From an uncultured Bacilli bacterium (GTDB taxonomy: Bacteria > Bacillota_I > Bacilli_A > RF39 > UBA660), in assembly GCA_947629305.1 (NCBI GenBank), contig CANRDD010000001.1, positions 6,311 through 70,310 on the forward strand: a DNA stretch of 64,000 nucleotides, written 5' to 3'. The position numbers and the translations under genes are program-made. Below are positions 11,039 through 20,493 of this stretch, piece by piece (within the stretch, counting starts at the first letter, position 1; every line of letters begins with the position of its first letter). Below the pieces are notes generated by a model, which had not been told where the DNA came from, ran no database searches, and saw only the letters and a program-made list of their open reading frames with translations.

Positions 11039-13684
11039 TTATTTCTTTTTTGGTAATAAAGATAAAACTAATTCCATATTATTATCATCTTTTCGATATT
11101 GATAAAATCTTTTATTTTTTCTTACTTCTTCTAATATTTTCTTTGTTTTTTCACTCTTATTTTTACTTTTTTCAACTGAATTTAAAAATATATCTCCTTT
11201 ATCATTAATTCCTTGCATATAAAATTCTCTTGCATAAATAAGTTTAATAATATTTGCCTCTTCTAAGGTTAAACCTAATTGCAGAGATGCTGTTTCAACA
11301 TCTAATCCTGATTCAATAATAAAGTCATTTATTTTTGGAAAATTAAAACCATAATAATTAACTAACTTATTATAATCAAAATCTTCTTCAAGCATTTTAA
11401 AGATAGGTTTTCGATCTTCTACATCTATTTCCCCTTTTAATGCCATGATAAGATCTTGATAATCATAAGGCAAATTTTCTTGTTTTGCTAAGCTATTGGC
11501 CACAGTTAAATATTCTATTGCTATTTTCTTTTGATATTTTTTCGTATAAGCAAAACCTAATTTAGCATAGACAATGGCTCGAGGACTTTTAAACATTTGT
11601 AGTAATTGTAAATATTTTTCTATGCATTCATTATAATTTCCTTCACTATAAGCTTTATTTCCTAAATTTATAAGTTCTTTACCATTAACATATCCTTGAA
11701 TTTTTGGTTTATATCTTAAAACTACTTGTTGTTCATTACCTTCACCAATTACAAAAGCAACCATATCCTTATAATTTTCCATCATATCCATTATTCTCTT
11801 AATTTTATTTTCAGGCATAGGATTTAATAAGATAATACTTTTTTTAACAAGTAATTCCGCATATTTTTTATCTATATATTTTTTTAAATTATCTTTTTCA
11901 GGAATCATTTCTTCTTTAGGTATTTCTGTTCTTTGTTCTTGAACTTGAATTTTTTCCTCTTGAGGTAACAAAACTTCTTCTTTTTCTTTCTTTGGTTCTT
12001 CTTTAATAGTAGGTTTTTGAATTCTAGTTCTTTCTTCTTTTTCTTTCTTTGGCTCTACTTTAGAAGCAAAATTTGGCAAACTAGCTCCATCCTTTTTTTG
12101 ATTATTTTCTAAAGCTATATTAAATATTTCTAATTCTTTATTATTTTGCTTATTATCTAACATTTTTTCTGATATTTCTAATATTTGATATAATCCATCT
12201 GTGATAACACAGTCTTGACCTAACTTATTACCTTTAGTAATTATATCTAAATAAACTCTTGCTTCAGCCAATTTATCTTGAGATAACTTAATATAAAATT
12301 CTTGAATATAGGTTGCTATATCAAAAGAATAATTATCTTTACTAACTAAAGTTAAGGCCATCATTGGTTTGGTAAAAGTAATATCTTTTTCTAATAAACT
12401 AATTTTAATTAAATCAATAATTAAAAATTCATAATCACTTTTATTTAAACTATTTAAATAAGTTCTTAAGAATTTTAAAGAATTTTCTAAATCACCTTTC
12501 ATTAAATATGTAATAATATTTGCCAAAGAAGGATCAGCCTTTTTTATTGTTGGTTCAGCTTCCTTAACCTTATTTTCTTTAACTGGATTATTTTCGAAAA
12601 TAGGCTTAGTTTTTTCCCTTAATTCTTGATTAGAATTATTTTCCAAGTTATTAATTGAACTTGTTTTTTGTTCCTTTTTAGCACTTTTTCTTATATTATT
12701 ACAACTATTAACTATTTCGACAAGTAACAAATAAATTGAATCATCATTACTAACCTTAAATTTAGCATTCTTTTTCTTAATTAAATCTAAAGCTAATTCA
12801 TAATTTTGGCCATCAATTGCATTAAAAAAATCATTAGTATTATATTCTTGAATTTCAGGAATAATTTTTGTTTTATTAATATTTAATAAATCTTTTGTTA
12901 AAATATAAACATAACTTTCGGAAATACTTAAACGATGCGAAGCTTCTCTTTTTTTATAAAAATCTATTATATCTTGATATTGTTTTTGTTTAATTAAATT
13001 TATGATTTCCTTTCGATTTTTATTTTGAACATCAAGGGCTTGGATAAGTAAATTCTTAATTAATAAATCTTGAACTTTAATAGATCCTTTATCTCGAATT
13101 AATTCATTTAATTGAAGAAGAGCTAATGAAAATCTTTGATTAAGAGCTGACAACCTCATTTTATTTTGCTTAGGTATATTCTCATATCTTTTATCATTAT
13201 AATCGACTCTAATATCATCATATTCTAAATATTTAGCATATTCTTGATATTTTTCAGGAATATCCGTGATCATATTTAATAAGTATAAATAATAATTACA
13301 ATCTATATTATAAAATTCATTTTCACTATCTTGAAAAATATCATAATAGACAAAAGCTTTCTTGTAATCTTTCTCATTAATACATTTTAAAAATAAACGA
13401 AAAGCTACCCCTTTGTGGCGTGGATCTAATTCAAAACATTTTTGAAAACATAAATCAGCTTTAGCATATTCTTTTTGAGCAATTAAAGTCTTTCCATAAT
13501 AAAATAAGTCATCTACTGATTTTAAAGAATATAAACCTCTTCTAACTCTTATAATTTTTTCTTGATCAATTAAATCTTTTAAATCTTTAGAATTAAAACC
13601 AAGACTATTTAATTCTTTAGTTGTTAATTCTTTTTCTTCTAAAACATTATTATATAATTTAGTTAAACTTTCTTCATTAATCAT
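11039..13684 (-). CDS. Large TPR-repeat protein with N-terminal AbiEi-like winged-helix DNA-binding domain
   Basis: N-terminus LTTKELNSLGFNSKDLKDLIDQEKIIRVRRGLYSL matches AbiEi_4-type wHTH signature (...RxRRGxY); multiple TPR-like helical repeats (e.g. YYGKTLIAQKEYAKADLCFQKCFELDP, LGNKAYSEGNYNECIEKYLQLLQM); Lys/Glu-rich linker; 4-bp overlap with upstream gene. Confidence 0.55.
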   Translation of the reverse strand: MINEESLTKLYNNVLEEKELTTKELNSLGFNSKDLKDLIDQEKIIRVRRGLYSLKSVDDLFYYGKTLIAQKEYAKADLCFQKCFELDPRHKGVAFRLFLKCINEKDYKKAFVYYDIFQDSENEFYNIDCNYYLYLLNMITDIPEKYQEYAKYLEYDDIRVDYNDKRYENIPKQNKMRLSALNQRFSLALLQLNELIRDKGSIKVQDLLIKNLLIQALDVQNKNRKEIINLIKQKQYQDIIDFYKKREASHRLSISESYVYILTKDLLNINKTKIIPEIQEYNTNDFFNAIDGQNYELALDLIKKKNAKFKVSNDDSIYLLLVEIVNSCNNIRKSAKKEQKTSSINNLENNSNQELREKTKPIFENNPVKENKVKEAEPTIKKADPSLANIITYLMKGDLENSLKFLRTYLNSLNKSDYEFLIIDLIKISLLEKDITFTKPMMALTLVSKDNYSFDIATYIQEFYIKLSQDKLAEARVYLDIITKGNKLGQDCVITDGLYQILEISEKMLDNKQNNKELEIFNIALENNQKKDGASLPNFASKVEPKKEKEERTRIQKPTIKEEPKKEKEEVLLPQEEKIQVQEQRTEIPKEEMIPEKDNLKKYIDKKYAELLVKKSIILLNPMPENKIKRIMDMMENYKDMVAFVIGEGNEQQVVLRYKPKIQGYVNGKELINLGNKAYSEGNYNECIEKYLQLLQMFKSPRAIVYAKLGFAYTKKYQKKIAIEYLTVANSLAKQENLPYDYQDLIMALKGEIDVEDRKPIFKMLEEDFDYNKLVNYYGFNFPKINDFIIESGLDVETASLQLGLTLEEANIIKLIYAREFYMQGINDKGDIFLNSVEKSKNKSEKTKKILEEVRKNKRFYQYRKDDNNMELVLSLLPKKK

Positions 13685-14682
13685 TTCTTTATTCCTCCCT
13701 TTAACCTTTTTAATTTTATTTGTTCATTTTTGGAAAAACCTTCTTTATCAAATTCATTTGATAAAGATACAGGATACATGGTAATAATATCTTTTGTTCC
13801 AAGCATCGTAACTACACATAAATCATTTGTAATTGTCTCATTTTTATAACCAATTGGTGTATCTAATCTAAATCGGTACATATCTGATACTTCAAAATGA
13901 TTTGCATTCATATTTTCAATTATTACTCTTGCATCTAATAATAATTTCTTTAAATCAAGATATTTAAAGAAACAACCATTGGTATTCTTTTCTTCTTGGT
14001 TTTGATGTTTTGCTATATGGAATAATAATAATTCTTCACTATGATCATATAATCTATATATCATATAATCTTTTTCTTTATCATAATTATTATCTAATAA
14101 CTTTAATTTTCCTAAATAATATTTTATATAATTATTTAAAATATCATAATGTTGTGTTAACTTTGGAGTTAAAGAAGACCTATCAATTTTCATAATATAT
14201 TGTTCAGCTTGATAAAAATCTTTTTCAAGTATTTTTAAACAAATTAAGCCTTTAGTTGCTTGAATATAAAACTTAGGATTTAATTGCAAAGTTTGATACA
14301 TTCTCTCAGCAATAGAATAATCACCAGTTTGCACATTAAGTTTAGCTAAAGCCATAAGAGCTTTATATTGTAATTCTGGGGAAGTCATACATTCCCTATA
14401 ATATTTTTTACTTTGTTCAAAATTATTTTCAATATTTTCTAATAAGCCATATAATAATTTAAATATAGGTTTATCTTGATCAGGATTATTATTTAATATT
14501 TCTCTAGCTTTTGCATATTTACCTTCTCTAAGTTCAATTTGAATAAGTTTTGTTAAAGACTGAACTCTAAAACCATCATGTTGATAAGATATATTAAACC
14601 AATATCTAGCATTTATATAATCATTAGTATTATAATATTCTAATCCTTTAAAAAAGGCTTCTTTTAAATCTTTATTTGTCAT
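13681..14682 (-). CDS. TPR-repeat protein (Rap/RRNPP-like size, 333 aa)
   Basis: Repeated TPR-like helices (FFKGLEYYNTNDYINARYWF, KALMALAKLNVQTGDYSIAERMYQ); translationally coupled (4-bp overlaps) on both sides. Confidence 0.5.
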   Translation of the reverse strand: MTNKDLKEAFFKGLEYYNTNDYINARYWFNISYQHDGFRVQSLTKLIQIELREGKYAKAREILNNNPDQDKPIFKLLYGLLENIENNFEQSKKYYRECMTSPELQYKALMALAKLNVQTGDYSIAERMYQTLQLNPKFYIQATKGLICLKILEKDFYQAEQYIMKIDRSSLTPKLTQHYDILNNYIKYYLGKLKLLDNNYDKEKDYMIYRLYDHSEELLLFHIAKHQNQEEKNTNGCFFKYLDLKKLLLDARVIIENMNANHFEVSDMYRFRLDTPIGYKNETITNDLCVVTMLGTKDIITMYPVSLSNEFDKEGFSKNEQIKLKRLKGGIKK

Positions 14683-15680
14683 CTTTTTAAAACCCGACTT
14701 AAATTTTCATAATATCCTTGATCATTAACTGAGGATAAATCCTGTACTTTTCCTTGATAATCATTTAAACAAAGACCATCAGGTGTAAAATAACATATTT
14801 GACAACATTTCATATCCGGATAAATTTTTAAAGGCATTGTTGTTTTAAGACCTAAATGCCAGTATCCTTTGTAGCCAGTGGAACCTAAGCCAGCTGAACA
14901 ATGGACATGTTCACCAAGTCTTCCTAAAGAACTTCGGCCATTTAAAACTGGGATTAAATTATAAGTTTCTGTCCATTCATTAGTTCTAGCCATATATATT
15001 TCATCAGGATATAAATAAAAACCATTGTCATTAATTTCTACTTCTTCAATAGGATTATTCTTTTTTAAATCTAAAACATTATCCCTAAAAAAAGCTATTC
15101 TTTTATTTAAAGTTAAATTAACAGAATTAGGATTAATAACAATATTATCTTTATTGGAAATAATAATATCTCCTTGTTCCATTCTCTTCATTATTTCTTT
15201 CCCACTTAACATACCTATATCTAAAGAATTATCTAAACTTCTAAAAAAAGCTAAATTACCTATTTCCATATTAGGATAAATATAAATAGGTTTAGTACAA
15301 GTAATACATAATAATAAATAATCATTAAAATGATCATCTTTATATTCATTATTAAGACTAATACTAATTCCAAGTAATGATAATGATACTTTGCCATTTA
15401 GAAAAGGAACAAAACCATTGGTTTTAACTTTTTGTTCTGTTTGGGCTAAATAAACTTTACCAGGTTCTAATAAAAAACCAGATTTAGGTATTTTTTCTTC
15501 TTTTAAACCATGGGTATAACCATTTTTAGTATCGACTAAATAATCATCTTCTTGATAATAAAGAGTATCACCTAAATTAAGACGACAACTATTAGGTTTA
15601 TCTAAAGAATTATCTTTTAAATTAGTTATTTCAATATGACCTAAAGCCATTTGTTTTTTTATTTCTTCATTTGTTAACAT
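14679..15680 (-). CDS. Tandem two-domain dCTP deaminase/dUTPase-fold protein (Dcd-Dcd fusion) with degenerate catalytic residues
   Basis: Both halves start with a Dcd N-terminal signature (LTNEEIKKQMALGHIEI...; LSGKEIMKRMEQGDIII...). Second half retains GRSSLGRLG (Ser/Ser/Arg motif) but has HLGL where the catalytic VLEF Glu is expected. First half lacks both motifs. Confidence 0.6.
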   Translation of the reverse strand: MLTNEEIKKQMALGHIEITNLKDNSLDKPNSCRLNLGDTLYYQEDDYLVDTKNGYTHGLKEEKIPKSGFLLEPGKVYLAQTEQKVKTNGFVPFLNGKVSLSLLGISISLNNEYKDDHFNDYLLLCITCTKPIYIYPNMEIGNLAFFRSLDNSLDIGMLSGKEIMKRMEQGDIIISNKDNIVINPNSVNLTLNKRIAFFRDNVLDLKKNNPIEEVEINDNGFYLYPDEIYMARTNEWTETYNLIPVLNGRSSLGRLGEHVHCSAGLGSTGYKGYWHLGLKTTMPLKIYPDMKCCQICYFTPDGLCLNDYQGKVQDLSSVNDQGYYENLSRVLKR

Positions 15681-15681
15681 A

Positions 15682-16218
15682 TTACTTTCTTCTTTCTAAT
15701 TTAGGAACATATTCTCTTTCAATCCGTGATTCTGTGGCTTTAACTTGTCCTAAATATTTACCCTTATATTCAATAGAATTATCCCCGATTAAAGGAAAAT
15801 AATATAAACGGCCGATAGGCATATTAGGATAAACTTTGGTTGGATAAGTGCAAACAATTTCAAGTGTCCATGTTCCTTCAAAACCATGATCACCAAATCC
15901 CGCGGTTACATGAATTTCCATGCCAAGAGCAGCTAGCTTATCAATACCACCTAGTAAAGGAACAAAATTATAAGTTTTAGTATATTCATTGGTTCTCCCT
16001 AAATATAATTTACCTGGCTCTAAAACTAAACCTTCTTCAGGAATAAGAATTTTTTGGGTAGGATTACTTTTCTTAATATCTAAAAAGGGTTCAGTATATA
16101 CTTTTAAATCATTAGCAAGTGTTACATTAAGATAATTTTCTCCTAACGTATCTTCATTTACTTTATAAATATCGATATTATGAGGATAATTAGCTATTAT
16201 TTCATTTCTACTTAACAT
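15682..16218 (-). CDS. dcd: dCTP deaminase (single dUTPase-fold domain)
   Basis: IHVTAGFGDHGFEGTWTLEIVCTYPTKVYPNMPIGRLYYF matches the Dcd core including the catalytic Glu (TLEI); the SSxR motif is replaced (GGIDKLAALG); 178 aa. Confidence 0.65.
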   Translation of the reverse strand: MLSRNEIIANYPHNIDIYKVNEDTLGENYLNVTLANDLKVYTEPFLDIKKSNPTQKILIPEEGLVLEPGKLYLGRTNEYTKTYNFVPLLGGIDKLAALGMEIHVTAGFGDHGFEGTWTLEIVCTYPTKVYPNMPIGRLYYFPLIGDNSIEYKGKYLGQVKATESRIEREYVPKLERRK

Positions 16219-16232
16219 AATTATTACTTCCT

Positions 16233-17420
16233 TTAAATCTTTCTGGTTAAAGATATACCTTCTTTAAATTTACATTCAGATGGACAAGTAAAATTAGGAA
16301 ATGTACAACGAGATCCATGCGAATATTTAACTAATTCCGCATATATTTTTTGATCATTAGGGCTTTTTGATGCCTTTAAAGTATTAACATATTTTGTTAA
16401 TACTTCTTTTGTAATTTGCATAACTTCTAACTGAGGTGCTGTACAAATTCTTTCAAATAATTTTAAAATAAAATCTTCATATTTACCTGTTTCATTAACA
16501 TTTACGAGTAACCCTTGAGGATAATCCGATAAACTTGATATATCTTTTAACCATTCTTGGGATAAATAATCATTATCTCTAATAATAATTGGTACATAAT
16601 ATTCTTTTGTTTCTTTTAATGATAAAGAATAATCTAAAGTTCTATGTCTTAATAAATCGGCTAAAGCAACAAATGTCGCATCATAATTGACTGAGTAACT
16701 CCGGCTAAAGTGATCATCATAAGTATTATCATCTTGAATTAAAGAAAAATGTCTATTACGATAATCTTTAATATCTTGATCAATAAAACCTGTACTTAAT
16801 AAAGCCTTTTGAAACTCTTTTAAATAAGGCTTTAATTCTTGAATTAAAGGATTATTTGTATCTTCATTTAACATTTTAATTGTAAAATCATAAATATAAT
16901 TTAATTGTCTAAATGATGTTGTATATTTTAATTTAGTTCGCATAAATACTGACAACAAATAACGGGCATTTTCTTTAGCTTTTTTATCTATCATAGCTGG
17001 AGTTAAATAAACATTATCAGGATAAACCTTAGTTATTTCTTCTTTAAATATTTTATGCCATTTACGATATAATTCATTTTCTTCTTCTGTTCCAAACATT
17101 GTTGTATAACGTCCTGATTTTTCCGAAGTATTATATTCATGTTCATTATTAATCATCATCGCTAATAACTTGGGAATATTTTCAAAATATATTTGAATTG
17201 TATCATGCCCAAAGACCGAATGATGTCTATTTTTTTTATTACCATCTGCCCTATTTAACGTTTTTTCAATTGGTTCTTTTAATATTTCATCATAATTTTT
17301 AGCCGTATAACAAATATTTGCTGAATGTCCCCCGTTGATTTCTAAATCTTTTAAACTAGTTTCCTTGATTATTTCTTCATCTGTTGTAGTTATACCTACT
17401 ACTTTTGCATTTATTTCCAT
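16233..17420 (-). CDS. ThyX-like (flavin-dependent thymidylate synthase family) divergent paralog. RHR motif not conserved. Extra ~170-aa C-terminal region
   Basis: Alignable to the ThyX core: HHSVFGHD (cf. GHETPFEH) ... NNEHEYNTSEKSGRY (cf. FRHRIASYNELSGRY). SGRY is conserved but RHR reads NEH. Likely start MEINAKVVG at 17420 with GGAGG RBS; longer ORF to 17492 is possible. Confidence 0.5.
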   Translation of the reverse strand: MEINAKVVGITTTDEEIIKETSLKDLEINGGHSANICYTAKNYDEILKEPIEKTLNRADGNKKNRHHSVFGHDTIQIYFENIPKLLAMMINNEHEYNTSEKSGRYTTMFGTEEENELYRKWHKIFKEEITKVYPDNVYLTPAMIDKKAKENARYLLSVFMRTKLKYTTSFRQLNYIYDFTIKMLNEDTNNPLIQELKPYLKEFQKALLSTGFIDQDIKDYRNRHFSLIQDDNTYDDHFSRSYSVNYDATFVALADLLRHRTLDYSLSLKETKEYYVPIIIRDNDYLSQEWLKDISSLSDYPQGLLVNVNETGKYEDFILKLFERICTAPQLEVMQITKEVLTKYVNTLKASKSPNDQKIYAELVKYSHGSRCTFPNFTCPSECKFKEGISLTRKI

Positions 17421-17546
17421 TATTCCTCCCATAGCCCCCTTTTTAGTTCTAAATCTACTTAAAATTTTATCAAATATATCACTAAAAATCAATTCCCTTA
17501 GGAATTTTTTTCCAAAACTATTCCATAATAAAAAAGGTGATATCTT

Positions 17547-19505
17547 TTGAAAATACTAAAATTTCTAATTAAATCTTTTATCTTTTTATTTATATCTATG
17601 GTTGTTGTTATAATTGGTTTATATACTTATGCTTATTTAAGTCCTAAATTAGATTTAAAAAAATCAGGTAGTTTATATATTTATGATCAAAATAATAGTT
17701 TAATATATCAAGGATCTAGTTCTAATGAATGGGTTGATATAGAAAATATAAGTCCTTATTTAAAAGAAGCTATTATTTCAGTTGAAGATAAAAATTTTTA
17801 TAATCATCATGGTTTTGATTATTTAAGAATAGCTAAAGCAATGTATTTAAATATTAAAAATAAAGCTATTGTTCAAGGAGCTTCAACTATTTCTCAACAA
17901 TATATTAAAAATTTATATTTAGATTTTAATCAAACTTGGAAAAGAAAAATAGAAGAAGCTTTTTTAACTTTAGAATTAGAAGTACATTATGATAAAGATG
18001 AAATATTAGAAGGTTATTTAAATACCATTAATTATGGTCAAGGTAATTTAGGTATTGTTAATGCTTCTAGTTATTATTTTAATAAAAAAGCAAGTGATTT
18101 ATCTTTAGAAGAAGCTATTATGTTAGCAGGAATATCTAAGAATCCTAGTAAATATAATCCTGTTTCTAGTTATGATAATTGTATTAAAAGAGCTAAAATT
18201 GTGGCTAAAAGTATGTTAAATAATGGTTATATTGATAATGATACATATAATAATTTATTTAAAGAACAAATACCTATCTATGGCAAAACAAATGAATTAA
18301 ATCTCCAAATGCTTCTTTATTATCAAGATGCTGTCTTAAATGAATTAAATAATATTGATGTTATATCTCCATCACTTATTTCCTCAGGTGGTTTAAAAAT
18401 ATATACAACATTAGATTTAGATGCCCAAAGGAAAATGGAAGAAAGTATTTTAAATAATACAACTGATTCTGAGATTGAAGTAGCTAGCATTATTGTAGAT
18501 CCTGCAACAGGTGCTGTTAAAGCTTTAACAGGAGGCATGGATTATGCTAAAAGTCAGTTTAATAGAGCTTTAAATTCGAAAAGACAAGTTGGTTCAACCA
18601 TGAAAACATTTCTTTATTATGCGGCCTTAGAAAATAATTTAACAATGTCTAGTACTTTTGCCTCGAAACCAACAACCTTTAACTTAGCCAGTGGCAAAAC
18701 TTATTCACCTATTAATGCAAGTAATGTTTATGCCAATAAAGATATAACCATGGCCGCGGCTGTTGCTTTCTCAGATAATATTTATGCGATTAAAACTCAT
18801 TTATTTTTAGGGATGGATAAAATGATCGAAGTAGCAACAAGAACAGGTATTAAAGAAAAATTAAATCAAGTGGCTTCTCTTCCTTTAGGAACAAGTGAAA
18901 TAAATATTTTAGACTATGCCACTGGTTATACAACTTTTGCCTCCGGTGGTTATAAAAAAGATTTATATTTTATTGAAAAAATAGAAGATTTAGAAGGAAA
19001 TATTTTATATGAAAAAAAACAAGAAAAAGATTTAGTTTTAAATCCAAATTATACTTATATTTTAAATGAAATGTTAACATCAACATCAAATAGTGCTTTT
19101 ATTGATTATACAACCCCGACTGCTTTTTCTATTGCTAAAAAATTTACTCATAAATATGCCATTAAAACCGGAACCACTAATACCGACTACTGGATCGTTG
19201 GTTATAATCCTAATGCTTTAGTTATGACTTGGATGGGTTATGATGATAATAAATCGATGAATACTGAAGTCCGTAAAAGCGGAAGAAATGCCTGGGCAGA
19301 TATGATGGAAGCTTATTTAGAAAATAAAGATGTTAGTTGGTATGAAACGCCTGAGAATGTTGTTGCTCTTCCCCTTGATGCTATCAGTGGAACAGCAACA
19401 AATAACACAAGCCGAATAACTTTATTTTATTACTTAAAAGGAACAGAACCAAATTATACAGGAGAACAAACTGTTTTAGCTCCCAAAAAAGAGGATTTAG
19501 ATTAA
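17547..19505 (+). CDS. Class A penicillin-binding protein (PBP1A family: glycosyltransferase + transpeptidase)
   Basis: GT51 motifs EDKNFYNHHGFD and GASTISQQYIKN; transpeptidase SxxK (GSTMK), SxN (FSDN), KTG (KTGTT); N-terminal TM helix. Confidence 0.9.
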   Translation: MKILKFLIKSFIFLFISMVVVIIGLYTYAYLSPKLDLKKSGSLYIYDQNNSLIYQGSSSNEWVDIENISPYLKEAIISVEDKNFYNHHGFDYLRIAKAMYLNIKNKAIVQGASTISQQYIKNLYLDFNQTWKRKIEEAFLTLELEVHYDKDEILEGYLNTINYGQGNLGIVNASSYYFNKKASDLSLEEAIMLAGISKNPSKYNPVSSYDNCIKRAKIVAKSMLNNGYIDNDTYNNLFKEQIPIYGKTNELNLQMLLYYQDAVLNELNNIDVISPSLISSGGLKIYTTLDLDAQRKMEESILNNTTDSEIEVASIIVDPATGAVKALTGGMDYAKSQFNRALNSKRQVGSTMKTFLYYAALENNLTMSSTFASKPTTFNLASGKTYSPINASNVYANKDITMAAAVAFSDNIYAIKTHLFLGMDKMIEVATRTGIKEKLNQVASLPLGTSEINILDYATGYTTFASGGYKKDLYFIEKIEDLEGNILYEKKQEKDLVLNPNYTYILNEMLTSTSNSAFIDYTTPTAFSIAKKFTHKYAIKTGTTNTDYWIVGYNPNALVMTWMGYDDNKSMNTEVRKSGRNAWADMMEAYLENKDVSWYETPENVVALPLDAISGTATNNTSRITLFYYLKGTEPNYTGEQTVLAPKKEDLD

Positions 19506-20407
19506 CCTAAATTCTCTTTTTGAACATCTTTTAATTTACTTCTTACTCTTTTAACTGCATCAGTTATATTACTTAATTCTTTATTTATATCACTAAATTC
19601 TTCATTTAATATATGATAATTTCTTTGTACATTTAAATTATCTCCATCAAAATCTGCTATAATATCTGGTCCAGAATATTTCCATAAATTATCTTTATTT
19701 ATCCATATACAATGTCCATATCTACAAACACATATATCACTTAAAATACCTTTAGATATAACTAAACTATCAGGCATACTAAATCCTTTATTATCTATAG
19801 CTTTATTTTTATCACAATATGTTCTTAATTGAATATCTTTCTTTAAAAATTTTTTTAAATTTTGATATAATTCAATAATATTAATTGGTAATTCTATATT
19901 ATTTAAAAATTCATCTATTTCTAATGAACTACTATTAAAAATACTTTCATCATAAGAAGATATTATTTTTATATAATTATTTTCATTTTTAACTTTAAGA
20001 CAATAATTTTTATTTTCTTTATTATATAATTTTTCAATAATATTCCCATTCTTTTCTTTATGACTATCTAAAAACACATAATCTAAAACAATACTATCTT
20101 TATCCTTTTTATATACTATTCCTTTTGTTCTATATTTATTATTATAAATAATTTTATTTTGATCAAATTCTAAATCAAAATAAGATCCTTTTTCAGATAT
20201 ACAATTAATTATTCTATTATTATAATTTTTTTGATATATTTGCCATTTATCTTGATTATCAACATTAAAAATATTAAAAATATTTTCAAGATATTTATAA
20301 GCTAAATTTCTTTTAAGTTTATTAAATAATTTTTGTTTTAATTCACATTGTTCAAATATAGTATTAATAACTCCTTCATTTAAGATATTAAAATGATATT
20401 TTAGCAT
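19502..20407 (-). CDS. Hypothetical protein
   Basis: 301-aa ORF convergent with the PBP gene (4-bp overlap); no recognisable motifs. Confidence 0.4.
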   Translation of the reverse strand: MLKYHFNILNEGVINTIFEQCELKQKLFNKLKRNLAYKYLENIFNIFNVDNQDKWQIYQKNYNNRIINCISEKGSYFDLEFDQNKIIYNNKYRTKGIVYKKDKDSIVLDYVFLDSHKEKNGNIIEKLYNKENKNYCLKVKNENNYIKIISSYDESIFNSSSLEIDEFLNNIELPINIIELYQNLKKFLKKDIQLRTYCDKNKAIDNKGFSMPDSLVISKGILSDICVCRYGHCIWINKDNLWKYSGPDIIADFDGDNLNVQRNYHILNEEFSDINKELSNITDAVKRVRSKLKDVQKENLG

Positions 20408-20493
20408 AGCCTAAAACCTCTTTCTTTTAAATTAGGATATACTATAACATAAAATTTCCTATTTGTAAAATAAAAGAGTAATCCATTGTTACT

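Noticed and set aside
17335-17550. 71-aa plus-strand ORF upstream of the PBP gene
   Set aside because: It overlaps the 5' end of the ThyX-like gene on the opposite strand and the divergent promoter region. Low-complexity composition. Likely spurious.
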